From an uncultured Chloroflexia bacterium (GTDB taxonomy: Bacteria; Chloroflexota; Ktedonobacteria; Ktedonobacterales; JADMIN01): DNA of 32,000 nucleotides. Shown here piece after piece: positions 22,594 through 30,895 of this stretch. Location: the NCBI GenBank assembly GCA_963718915.1, contig CAVRAI010000003.1, positions 420,001 through 452,000 of the forward strand, in the 5' to 3' direction. Every line of letters starts with the position of its first letter. Positions within the stretch are counted from its first letter, which is position 1. The notes under the pieces are model-generated. The model made no database searches and was not told the DNA's origin. It worked only from the letters and a program-made list of their open reading frames with translations. The translations under genes and the position numbers were made by a program.

Positions 22594-23862
22594 CTATAAC
22601 GCGAACACCTGATGCGCCCGCTCCAGAGCCTCCGCCAGCGCGTCAACCTCCGACGAGGTGGAATACACATAGAAACTGGCGCGCGCCGTCGCCGGAATGC
22701 AATAGCGATCCATAATTGGCTGGGCGCAGTGATGTCCCGCGCGAATCGCGATGCCGTCGCGGTCGAGCAGGGTGGCGAGATCGTGCGCGTGGATATCCCC
22801 CAGCGTGAAGGAGATCGTTCCGCCGCGCGCCTCGGCTCCCGGCCCGAAGATACGAATCTCAGGCACACGCGCCAGCCGTTCCAGCGCATAGCGTGTCAGC
22901 GCATGTTCGTGCGCGCGCACCTGCTCCATCCCCAGCGCCGAGAGATACGTTACCGCCGCGCCCAGTCCCACCGCCTCGATGATGGCGGGCGTGCCGGCCT
23001 CGAACTTCTGCGGCAGATCGGCCCAGGTTGAGCCAGACATCTTCACCTCACGGATCATGCTGCCCCCGCCGAGGAACGGCGGCATCGCCTCCAGCAACTC
23101 GCGCCGCCCCCAGAGCACACCGATACCTGTCGGCCCCAGCATCTTATGCCCGCTGAACGCCAGGAAGTCGCAGTCGAGCGCCCGCACGTCCACCGGCATA
23201 TGCGGCACACTCTGAGCGGCGTCCAGCAACACCAGCGCGCCGATGGCATGCGCCTGCGCGATCATCTCCGTGACCGGCGGCAGCGTGCCCAGGACGTTGG
23301 ACATCTGCGACAGCGCGACAAGCTTGGGCCTGGCTGTCTCCAGCAGGCGCTCATACGCTGCCTGATCGAGCTCGCCATCGTCGGTGAGCGGCACATAGTC
23401 TACCCGCGCGCCGGTTCGCTCCGCCGCGAGCTGCCACGGCACGATGTTGCTATGATGCTCCATCTCGGTGGTGAGGATGGTGTCGCCGGGGCGCAGATTG
23501 GCCTCGGTCCAGGTGCGCGCGACGAGATTGATGCTCTCGGTGGTGTTGCGTGTGAAGATAACCTCGCGCACACTGTTGGCGTTGATGAAGCGGGCGACCT
23601 GTTTGCGCGCGCGCTCGTAGGCGCCGGTCGCTTCTTCTGCCAGCGTATACGCGCCGCGATGGGTGTTGGAGTAGGATGTGCGGGCGAAGGTGTCCATGGC
23701 GTCGAGGACTTGTGTGGGTTTCTGCGCTGAGGCGGCGCTATCGAGGTAGATCAGTGGTTTGCCGTTGACCTCACGCGCCAGGATCGGGAAATCAGCGCGT
23801 GGGGCAAGCGCTGGAATACCAGCGGCCGTCATCACCCCGGAAACGACGGGTTGATCACTCAT
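22594..23862 (-). CDS. sufS: Cysteine desulfurase, SufS subfamily (group II)
   Basis: 'HHSNIVPW', the PLP-Lys motif 'FSGHKMLGPTGIGVL' and the active-site 'RAGHHCAQP' are present. Confidence 0.95.
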   Translation of the reverse strand: MSDQPVVSGVMTAAGIPALAPRADFPILAREVNGKPLIYLDSAASAQKPTQVLDAMDTFARTSYSNTHRGAYTLAEEATGAYERARKQVARFINANSVREVIFTRNTTESINLVARTWTEANLRPGDTILTTEMEHHSNIVPWQLAAERTGARVDYVPLTDDGELDQAAYERLLETARPKLVALSQMSNVLGTLPPVTEMIAQAHAIGALVLLDAAQSVPHMPVDVRALDCDFLAFSGHKMLGPTGIGVLWGRRELLEAMPPFLGGGSMIREVKMSGSTWADLPQKFEAGTPAIIEAVGLGAAVTYLSALGMEQVRAHEHALTRYALERLARVPEIRIFGPGAEARGGTISFTLGDIHAHDLATLLDRDGIAIRAGHHCAQPIMDRYCIPATARASFYVYSTSSEVDALAEALERAHQVFAL

Positions 23863-23925
23863 ATTCGCACATCCCTTCTTCCGCGAGGACGCCAGTCACG
23901 CAACTCGGCTCGTATGAAATTGGTC

Positions 23926-24056
23926 TGGGACGTTGGATTTGGGGAGATGGTCCGCAGCATTCATGCTGCGGCGAATGAAGAATCGACCAATTCGTCGGGG
24001 TCTTCAGGCTCCGGCATGCTTCCCGAAAGGCAACGTCCTCAAAATCCAATGTCATA
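23926..24056 (+). repeat. B-family MITE-like repeat, copy B4 (short variant) in the sufC-sufS gap
   Basis: The inverted ends are GACGTTGGATTTGGGGA (left) and TCCTCAAAATCCAATGTC (right). The hairpin CCGCAGCA-TTCA-TGCTGCGG (23952-23971) is followed by CGAAT. The 'CAGGCTCCGGC' block is shared with B2. No clear TSD is visible. Confidence 0.75.
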
Positions 24057-24148
24057 CCCCTGATAAGCCCAATGCCCTCTTGAGCGACGAGAGGGCCGGA
24101 AGGTTCACCCCCGGCCCCGCGCGCAGTCTCTGACGGTTGGCGCAGTGG

Positions 24149-25024
24149 CTATGCCTTCGGCGCGTCGCCGTCTTCGCCCGCATCGTCCTCGATCTCGCCC
24201 GTCAGCCACTCGTAGCCCTTCTGCTCCAGTTCGAGCGCAAGCTCCGGGCCGCCCGTGCGGATGATACGCCCCTTGAACATCACATGGACAATATCCGGGT
24301 GGATATAGTTGAGCAGCCGCTGGTAGTGCGTGATGAGCAGCACACCCATATTCGGCCCGCGCAGCGCGTTGACACCCTCGGCGACGATCCGCAACGCATC
24401 GATATCGAGGCCAGAGTCGGTTTCGTCGAGCACCGCCATCCTCGGCTCAAGCATCGCCATCTGCAGAATCTCGGCGCGCTTTTTCTCGCCGCCAGAGAAG
24501 CCCTCGTTGATATAGCGGCTGACGAAGGTATTATCGACCTTCAACAACTTCATCTTTTCGTTGAGGAGTTTGCGGAACTCGGCGGGTGGCATGCCCTTGC
24601 GCTTGGGCGCTTCGCCGCTCGGAACCTCTGGCGCGTTCGGATCGTACCCTTCGCGTTTGGCTTCGAGCGCGCGCCGCAAGAAGTTGCCGACCGAGACGCC
24701 CGGCACGCTGGAGGGATACTGGAAGGCGAGGAAGATGCCCAGGCGGGCGCGCTTATCTGGCGACAGGGCGAGCAGATTGATTCCGTTGAAATAAATCTCG
24801 CCCTGTGTCACCTCGTAGCGCGGGTGGCCCATAATCACGTTCGCCAGCGTGCTCTTGCCAGAGCCATTCGGCCCCATCAGCGCGTGGGTCTCACCCTGGC
24901 GGACCGTCAGGTTGACGCCGCGCAGAATCTCTTTGCCGTCAATGCGGGCATGCAGATCGCGAATCTCCAGCTCAGCAGGCGTTACCGTGGGCTGCTGTGC
25001 GGGGGTGGCTTGCTCTGTCTCCAT
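24149..25024 (-). CDS. sufC: Fe-S cluster assembly ATPase SufC
   Basis: Walker A is '[10 protein letters not shown]', the ABC signature is 'FSGGEKKR' and Walker B is '[11 protein letters not shown]'. 'HYQRLL' is also present. There is a short acidic C-terminal tail. Confidence 0.95.
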   Translation of the reverse strand: METEQATPAQQPTVTPAELEIRDLHARIDGKEILRGVNLTVRQGETHALMGPNGSGKSTLANVIMGHPRYEVTQGEIYFNGINLLALSPDKRARLGIFLAFQYPSSVPGVSVGNFLRRALEAKREGYDPNAPEVPSGEAPKRKGMPPAEFRKLLNEKMKLLKVDNTFVSRYINEGFSGGEKKRAEILQMAMLEPRMAVLDETDSGLDIDALRIVAEGVNALRGPNMGVLLITHYQRLLNYIHPDIVHVMFKGRIIRTGGPELALELEQKGYEWLTGEIEDDAGEDGDAPKA

Positions 25025-25093
25025 AATGGTAGAACCGACTCCTCTAACCTATCTCTATATCGTCATAATCAGCGCAGCTTATCATCAGCCCTG

Positions 25094-25612
25094 TCAGTGC
25101 CCGGCGGTATCAAGCGCCGCGTTGCGGGGCAGGCGTGGCGAGAGTGAAATTAGCCGCGTACCATCCGGCGCGCGCCCCGCAAGCTCGTTCTCGTTCGCGC
25201 GCACCACATCGGCCAGCGTCATCGCGTCGAGCGTGGCGGTCACGGCGTCGCGCACACGCGCCCAGAGAAACTTGGTCGAGCAGCCATCCAGCCGGTCGCA
25301 GATGATCTCCATCTCACCCTCGGTCGCGCAGATCATGGGTGCGATGGGGCCTTCGAGCGCCCGCAGAATCTCGCTCATCCGCATCTCTTGCGGCGGACGC
25401 GCCAATCGGTAGCCGCCATGCGCGCCACGGGTGGATTCCACCAGACCCTGCTCGCGCAGTGCGCGTACCAACTGTTCCAGGTACTGAACCTTCAGCTCAA
25501 GGCCTTCAGACTGGCCAATCTCGCTTAATGAGCGGGGAGTGCCGCCATAGTGTCGCGCCAGGTCAACCATCAGGCGCACGCCGTACTCCCCGCGAGTAGA
25601 CACTCGCAACAT
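25094..25612 (-). CDS. Rrf2-family transcriptional regulator (IscR/SufR-like, 3-Cys cluster motif)
   Basis: 'MLRVSTRGEYGVRLMVDLA' and 'GGYRLARP' are present, with Cys spacing C-x10-C-x5-C ('MICATEGEMEIICDRLDGC'). I chose ATG 25612, with SD GAGGAGG, over the longer ORF start at 25672. Confidence 0.9.
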   Translation of the reverse strand: MLRVSTRGEYGVRLMVDLARHYGGTPRSLSEIGQSEGLELKVQYLEQLVRALREQGLVESTRGAHGGYRLARPPQEMRMSEILRALEGPIAPMICATEGEMEIICDRLDGCSTKFLWARVRDAVTATLDAMTLADVVRANENELAGRAPDGTRLISLSPRLPRNAALDTAGH

Positions 25613-25655
25613 CAGGGCGGCCTCCTCGCCTATTCCGACTGATTCACTCGGATAT

Positions 25656-25685
25656 ACTATAGCATCGGTCACGAAGCAGCGTCAA
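25656..25685 (-). promoter_or_regulatory. Sigma70-like promoter candidate for the Rrf2-suf operon (TTGACG-18 nt-TATAGT on the minus strand)
   Basis: The reverse complement of 25680-25685 is TTGACG and that of 25656-25661 is TATAGT. The spacer is 18 nt. The -10 lies about 44 nt upstream of ATG 25612. Confidence 0.5.
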
Positions 25686-25717
25686 GCAGCGCCCGGCTGG
25701 CATAGAGCCTGAGAGGT

Positions 25718-25747
25718 GTCGTGAGAAGTCGTGAGATGGCGTGAGAT
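25718..25747. promoter_or_regulatory. Three tandem 10-bp direct repeats (GTCGTGAGAA GTCGTGAGAT GGCGTGAGAT) in the divergent promoter region
   Basis: The repeats are read directly. The period is exactly 10 bp (helical). They lie 33-62 bp beyond the -35 of the Rrf2 promoter candidate and about 110 bp upstream of the lipoprotein gene. Confidence 0.5.
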
Positions 25748-25854
25748 ATAGCCGAAGCGGAAGATTGTGGCGCCAGATACTAGACAACTCCTGTATACTT
25801 TTTCCGTTGATTGGTATGAGGGCTGGCATAAGGAGAGAGTGACGAGGAGAGGGA

Positions 25855-26475
25855 GTGGGTATGGGGACGACATCTCAGGAGGGAATCCCGGCGCGGGCAT
25901 CGCGGATATCGCGGATATCGCGGACATCAGGCGCCGGGATCGTTGTAATCGTGGCTCTTCTACTGCTGGTTCTCGGTCTGGCGGGATGCGCGCTCAACGC
26001 GGGCCTGGCCGAGCCGACAGCTGCGGCAACCAGCAACATCTCAGGCACACCTGGCGCGCATGCGACGCTGACGCTCCCCACATTGACCGCAGTGGCCTCG
26101 CCGAGTGGGCCGGGCGGCGCTGGTGGTGTGAGTGAATTCTGCTCCAAGGCGCCCAATATCTCCATCCACCCGGCAGGTAACGTTCTGGTGTATCCCGGCT
26201 CCGCGCTGCAATTCAGTCAGGCGAATGGCAGCAATGCCTTCTTTGGCTACTGCACCAGCCATTCGACCAGCGACGTGCAGAACTACTACGCAACACATCT
26301 GCGCGATAAAGGCTGGTCCGGTCTCAAGACCGCGACAATTGCATCGGTGGTCCAGATCACGGCCACACAGTGCAATTCGCAGAATCCACCCCAGATCATC
26401 GTGACGATTGCCCCCGATGCGACAGGCACAACCGCGACCAGTATCTCCATCGTGATGCTCGCGGGTACCTGTTAG
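25855..26475 (+). CDS. Putative lipoprotein
   Basis: The signal peptide has a lipobox: 'IVVIVALLLLVLGLAGCA'. The start is GTG 25855 or ATG 25861, after GAGGAGAGGGAG. The N-region 'SRISRISRTS' is repeat-encoded. Confidence 0.8.
   Translation: MGMGTTSQEGIPARASRISRISRTSGAGIVVIVALLLLVLGLAGCALNAGLAEPTAAATSNISGTPGAHATLTLPTLTAVASPSGPGGAGGVSEFCSKAPNISIHPAGNVLVYPGSALQFSQANGSNAFFGYCTSHSTSDVQNYYATHLRDKGWSGLKTATIASVVQITATQCNSQNPPQIIVTIAPDATGTTATSISIVMLAGTC
25899..25928. repeat. In-frame 9-bp tandem repeat (ATCGCGGAT x3.3)
   Basis: Units lie at 25899-25907, 25908-25916 and 25917-25925, plus a partial unit. They encode (SRI/T)x3 ahead of the signal-peptide hydrophobic core. Confidence 0.95.
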
Positions 26476-26496
26476 CTCCCTCTAATTCATCGTCGG

Positions 26497-26547
26497 AAAA
26501 AACCAGTGCGGCGGGGATACCGGGAATGCGCTCCCGATCCTCGCCGC
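26497..26547 (-). terminator. Possible intrinsic terminator for the CHAP gene (minus strand)
   Basis: A long imperfect hairpin, GCGGCGGGGATACCGGGA-atgcgc-TCCCGATCCTCGCCGC (26508-26547), is followed on the minus strand by ACTGG and U6 (A6 at 26497-26502 on plus). A second hairpin lies at 26552-26581. Confidence 0.45.
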
Positions 26548-26606
26548 GCTGGCTTGCCTGATGGTGGTATCAGGACAAGCTAAACAAGCCGTGCTGGCTG
26601 CGTGGG

Positions 26607-27398
26607 CTAATGGAGAAAGTAGATACCCGCCCCAACATGGATGTAGCGGAAGTCAACGCGCCCAAAGCCGCCACCGCGCCAGGAGAAATTCATCTCGGTA
26701 ATCAGCACCCAGTAGCCATCCGGCGATACCGCGACGGCCTGCGCCCAGTGACCATCCGAGCCTGCGCCCTGCACATTCGGATTGAACCAGACCGCGGCGC
26801 CCGCAATTGGCGTGCTGGTGCGCGTATATTCTTTGCCATAGAGGATGTCTGGCTGGTTGGGATGAAGCGCCTGCACCCACCAGTTGCAGTAGCCAAAGGT
26901 GCTGCTGGCATGGTAGACAGAGCGGTTGGGATAGTAAATGTTCGCGTAGCAGCCGGGTGGGACGGTCCACTGGCTGATGCTCGCGACGAATATGTAGCTG
27001 TCCTGGCAGGGAAGCCCGCCAGTCGCCGTCGCATAATGCGACTGGCTCGTATGCGCCTGCACCGTCTTCCTGGTGGTATGTACCGGAGTCAGTGCCTGCG
27101 TGCTGATGCGCGACATACGGGGAATATCGTTGATGCCAGCGTCATCGGCCATCGCGCTGAACGCGGTCAGTGTCGAGGTCTGCGCCAGCGTCTGCGTCTG
27201 CGCCAGCGTCTGAACCTGGCAGGTTGGCGAGGAAGACGTCGCTCCGGCGCAGGCGGCTGCGGCGGTGGGCAACGGCGTCCAGGTCATCGCGGCGGCCAGC
27301 AGGCCAGTGATTGCCAGCGTGACACATGTCGCGGTGCGCCATACCCCACCCAGCATCTTGCGGCGCGGCGCGGTAAACTGATACGGAAGAGCGGCCAT
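26607..27398 (-). CDS. Secreted CHAP-domain protein (cysteine peptidase/amidase fold)
   Basis: 'FGYCNWWV' carries the catalytic Cys context and 'DGHWAQAVAV' the His context, followed by 'ITEMN'. The signal-like N-terminus is 'RRKMLGGVWRTATCVTLAITGLLAAA'. ATG 27398 has SD AGGAGG 10 nt upstream. ATG 27356 is the alternative start. Confidence 0.8.
   Translation of the reverse strand: MAALPYQFTAPRRKMLGGVWRTATCVTLAITGLLAAAMTWTPLPTAAAACAGATSSSPTCQVQTLAQTQTLAQTSTLTAFSAMADDAGINDIPRMSRISTQALTPVHTTRKTVQAHTSQSHYATATGGLPCQDSYIFVASISQWTVPPGCYANIYYPNRSVYHASSTFGYCNWWVQALHPNQPDILYGKEYTRTSTPIAGAAVWFNPNVQGAGSDGHWAQAVAVSPDGYWVLITEMNFSWRGGGFGRVDFRYIHVGAGIYFLH
27178..27213. repeat. In-frame 18-bp tandem duplication (GTCTGCGCCAGCGTCTGC / ...TGA)
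   Basis: The two units, 27178-27195 and 27196-27213, differ at 1 nt. They encode 'TLAQTQTLAQTS' in the linker of the CHAP protein. Confidence 0.95.
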
Positions 27399-27886
27399 AC
27401 GTACAAAACCTCCTGTGCAAGCCACCGATAAGCCAGTGGCGGTCACTCATAGGCGAGTGACGGTCTATGCACTGGAACGAGCCGCCACAATAAAGTGTCT
27501 CATTTAGGACCGGTGAATATTGTCATGAACGGGAGAAATATGACAGAAAATTCACAAAACACCATTCAGGGCAAGGCGACGCAACGGCAGATGAATTGGT
27601 TGAGAAGTCCAGGAAATTTCAGCGTTGGCTTCTGGTAATCGCGAAATTATCTGGGATATGGATTCTGCGTTGCCGATGCGGCCATCGCAACCGCCAGGGA
27701 CTATTGATGATTGTTGGAGAGGATGGGGAATCCGGGAATTAAGCCATTTCTGTAGATAGGTAACGCGAAACGACGCGAAGTTACGCAAGATGGCAAAACT
27801 GTCATCAAAACCTGTCGGCTTGAGTGTCGTTGCGCGCCCTGAATCGTGTCAGAAGAGCATAGCGAGCATACAAAAGGGGGTATTCC

Positions 27887-28300
27887 GTGCGTCTGTTGAT
27901 CTGGCATGTGGATCGTTTTCGCGCTGAACCCACCGAGCGGGGGCGCTCGAAGGTGGCGGATGCCGAGCCGCGCGCGGTCGCGGTCGAAAATGCGCTGGTC
28001 GTCTTCGCCGCCGCCGAAAAGCAGGACGAGGCCGAGCCTGACGCCGTCGCCGAGCGCGCGACGGCCGCCATCGAGGAGGTGGCGCGACAACTGGGCGCGC
28101 ATACGGTGGCGCTGCACTCGTTTGCCCACCTGTTCGTCGAGCTATCAGCGCCTGCCGTCGCCCGCGCGATCCTTAACACCATGGAGCAGCAACTGGCCGC
28201 CGAGGGCTACTCCGTCAGCCAAAGCGCCTTTGGCTGGTTCAATCGGCTGGAACTGGACGCGAAGGGGCATCCGCTCTCGCGCATCGCCCGCCAGGTGTAG
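27887..28300 (+). CDS. Free-standing archaeal-type threonyl-tRNA synthetase editing domain (tRNA-Thr_ED / DTD-like fold)
   Basis: The 137-aa protein is collinear with the N-terminal editing domain of archaeal ThrRS as I recall it: 'MRLLIWHVD', 'LVVFAAAEKQDE', 'HSFAHL', 'SAFGWF' and 'AKGHPLSRIAR'. GTG 27887 has SD AAAGGGGG 6 nt upstream. Confidence 0.8.
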   Translation: MRLLIWHVDRFRAEPTERGRSKVADAEPRAVAVENALVVFAAAEKQDEAEPDAVAERATAAIEEVARQLGAHTVALHSFAHLFVELSAPAVARAILNTMEQQLAAEGYSVSQSAFGWFNRLELDAKGHPLSRIARQV

Positions 28301-28373
28301 CCTCGGGAACAAACTGGCGGCAGAGCGCGTCATCCGACATCAATCATGCCCTGCTGTTGAGAGGACGCGAGAG

Positions 28374-29071
28374 ATGGTGAAACGGGTATTCGCGCTGGGC
28401 GCCGTGGCGCTGTCGATGCTGGTGGGCTTCGGGGGATGCGGCTTGTTACGGCACGATATGCGATCAACGATTGGGTGAATTTCGTCCGCTTCGGCGGCAT
28501 CACCTACCTGGCCAGCGTCGATGCGGGACGGGAGCTCCAGCCAGCCGATCTTGGGACGCAGTTCGCCACCGTCCGCTTTCGCCTCGACGGCAACGTCAGT
28601 GACCCAAACTATCAGCCACAGGATGGCGACGCGGCGTTTCTCGACGCGGGCACGCCAATCTATCGCGTCCAGGGCTACACGCCCACCTTCCGCCTCGCCG
28701 CCCACCAGGGAGGCCACATCGTGCTCTTCGAGGCCGATACCAACCCGCACGCGAAGACCGGCGCCGACCTGCTGGATATCGGCGGGAAGGTGCAGTCCAT
28801 CGTGGTGACCGACGACATCAGCGGCGGCGCGCCTGTAGCCACTCTTGCCGACGCGCATCTGGTCACGACGCTGGTCTCGCTCCTGCTTGCCGCGCCTGTG
28901 GACCAGTCGCGCCAGAGTGGTGACGCTACGGTGCGCTACTTCCTCGCCTTTCACCTGGCCGATGGAACGCAGGTGAGCCGTCTCTATCTGCCCGAGGCTC
29001 ACGAGGTGGCGCGGGGAATCATCGTGCCCGATGCCTTCGTCTCGACGCTGGCGGCGGCGCTTGCCAGATAG
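28374..29071 (+). pseudogene. Secreted/lipo-protein of unknown function, with signal peptide and body in different frames as assembled
   Basis: ATG 28374 (frame 0) encodes 'MVKRVFALGAVALSMLVGFGGCG..', which stops at 28478. The 211-aa body ORF 28436..29071 is in frame 2. One extra G in G5 (28431-28435) joins them: ...LSMLVGFGGMRLVTARYAINDW.... Confidence 0.6.
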
Positions 29072-30353
29072 CCCGCATGGCGGCGCGCGTGAAGGTAATA
29101 GCCCGCGTGGGCGAGCCAGACCAGCGCCAGCCCGACCGGATGGGCGGCGATGCCGAGCACATACGCCGCGCTCATCGGCGCCGCCGTCCGTGGATCGAGC
29201 GGAAAGACCAGCGTCGCGATGAAGTAGCCGATCAGCCCCACCAGCAGCCAGCCCTGGGCGCGTCCACGATTGCGGCCATCCGTGACCAGCGCGGTCAGCA
29301 GCCAGGCCAGCGGCACGAGCAGCAGGATGTAATAGAAGATCCAGACAATCGGCTCGACCACCAGCAGCGAGCAGATCGCCCACGAGACCGCGAAGAGCGG
29401 CGTCATCGCGGCCCGCGTGTCTGCCCCCACTGCGCTGGTCGCAGCCGCCGCAGGATATCCGGCGTCCCCTGGGCCAGGAGCATCGCGCCAAAGAGCGCGA
29501 GACAGACTAGCAGCGCGAGGATTGGTATCGGCCCGCTGGTAGGCTCGCTCGCGCCGGGATGTACCAGCGCGGCGGAGAGCACGATCAGCGCGTGATAGAG
29601 CGAGAGGTTTACCGGCCCGGCGTTCGGCTGATTGGAGTACGTGCGCAGCGCCTCGACGAACGCGCCATAGATCGCTACGCCGGTAAAAGGCAGTGTGACG
29701 ACGATCAGCAGCGCGATGGTCGCGAGGGTGGTGAGGCAGAGGCGATAGTTGCCGCGCCAGAAGAAGAACAAGAGCAATATGCCGGGAAAGAGCTTATCCA
29801 GGATGGCGATGGCCAGTCCCACGCCCGCCACCATCGGACGATCTTCGACCTCGCCATAGGCGACCAGCGCGAACCCCAGCAGCAGGAAGGTGGTGCTCTG
29901 GCCCAGCCTCAGGCTATCGGTGACGGGCTGCGCCAGCGCCGCCGCGCCGAACAACGTCAGGCTCATAACCCAGGTGGGGATGACACGTCCGGCCTTCCGC
30001 GCGGTCGTCGTGACACAGCGCGCCAGCAGCCAGAGACTTGCCAGCAGCGCCGCCAGCGAGAGCATCCACCAGAGGATGCGCGCCGCCGAATAGGGCAGGA
30101 ACCCGAACGGGATCAGCAGCGCGGCGGAGGGTGGCGTCCAGCGGAAGTCCGACGGCCCAGCAGGCAGATGCAGCACCTGCATGTTGAAGATGCGCTGCAT
30201 CGGCACGTTGTAGACCTGGAGCGCGGCGTGATGGGCCAGCGCATAGCCCGCCTCATACGGCCCCGTGAAGTCGTAGCCGCTGCTATGCAACGGCAGCCAG
30301 ACACCCCAGTAGCCGAAGATGCCAAGGGCAAGCAGCAGGGCGCCTATCCCCAC
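28999..30353 (-). pseudogene. GT87/DUF2029-like polytopic membrane glycosyltransferase candidate, split by a 1-nt frameshift as assembled
   Basis: ORF 29403..30353 (GTG start) and ORF 28999..29430 are both TM-rich. One extra G in the minus-strand G5 run (29424-29428) joins ...LRRLRPAQWG to ADTRAAMTPLFAVSWAICSLLV.... The 'D..L.LG', 'DK.FPG' and 'S.SW' pattern resembles GT87, though the family call is weak. Confidence 0.6.
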
Positions 30354-30400
30354 GACCGCGCGCGATGGGCCGTGAAAGCATCCGTGTGATACTCGCTCTC

Positions 30401-30895
30401 CTATAAGTCAGGCGTTGGCAGGCCATTCATGCCGAGCGTGTAGAACAGCTCGCCGCCATGATGGAGGTCGTGCTCGATCAGATGCCAGATGACCCACTGG
30501 CGCGTATACGCCTCAGGATCGCCGGGATCGGGCTGGTCATTCGGAAATGTATCCGCCAGGTTGGCGAGCGTCCAGCGGCCCAAGCACTCGCTGATGACGC
30601 CCCACGACTGTTCCAGCCCCTGCTCCAGTTCGGCGGCGTTGCGCCTGGGCTGGTTGGGGCGATCCCAGACTGTCAGATTGGCCATCGTCTCGCCACCCTC
30701 GCCCATCAGTCGGTGGAACCAGCGCGCCCGCGCGCCGATGATATGCGTCACGATGGCATAGACGTTGCGCAGGTTCGGCGCTGGCCGCAACTCGAGTTGC
30801 TCCAGGGTGAGCGGCGCCACCGCCTCGACCAGATAGCGGGTGTAGACATCCCAGCCCGCGTAGACCTGCTTCAGGGTCATTGTCTCATCGCTCAT
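30401..30895 (-). CDS. DinB-family protein
   Basis: 'IVTHIIGARARWF' and the C-terminal 'WHLIEHDLHHGGEL' form the classical DinB His triad pattern. Confidence 0.88.
   Translation of the reverse strand: MSDETMTLKQVYAGWDVYTRYLVEAVAPLTLEQLELRPAPNLRNVYAIVTHIIGARARWFHRLMGEGGETMANLTVWDRPNQPRRNAAELEQGLEQSWGVISECLGRWTLANLADTFPNDQPDPGDPEAYTRQWVIWHLIEHDLHHGGELFYTLGMNGLPTPDL

Noticed and set aside
3551-27213. Short tandem repeats considered as possible CRISPR arrays
   Set aside because: The units are 9-18 bp, directly adjacent with no spacers, have at most 4 copies and lie in frame inside CDSs. This is not CRISPR architecture. No cas genes are present.
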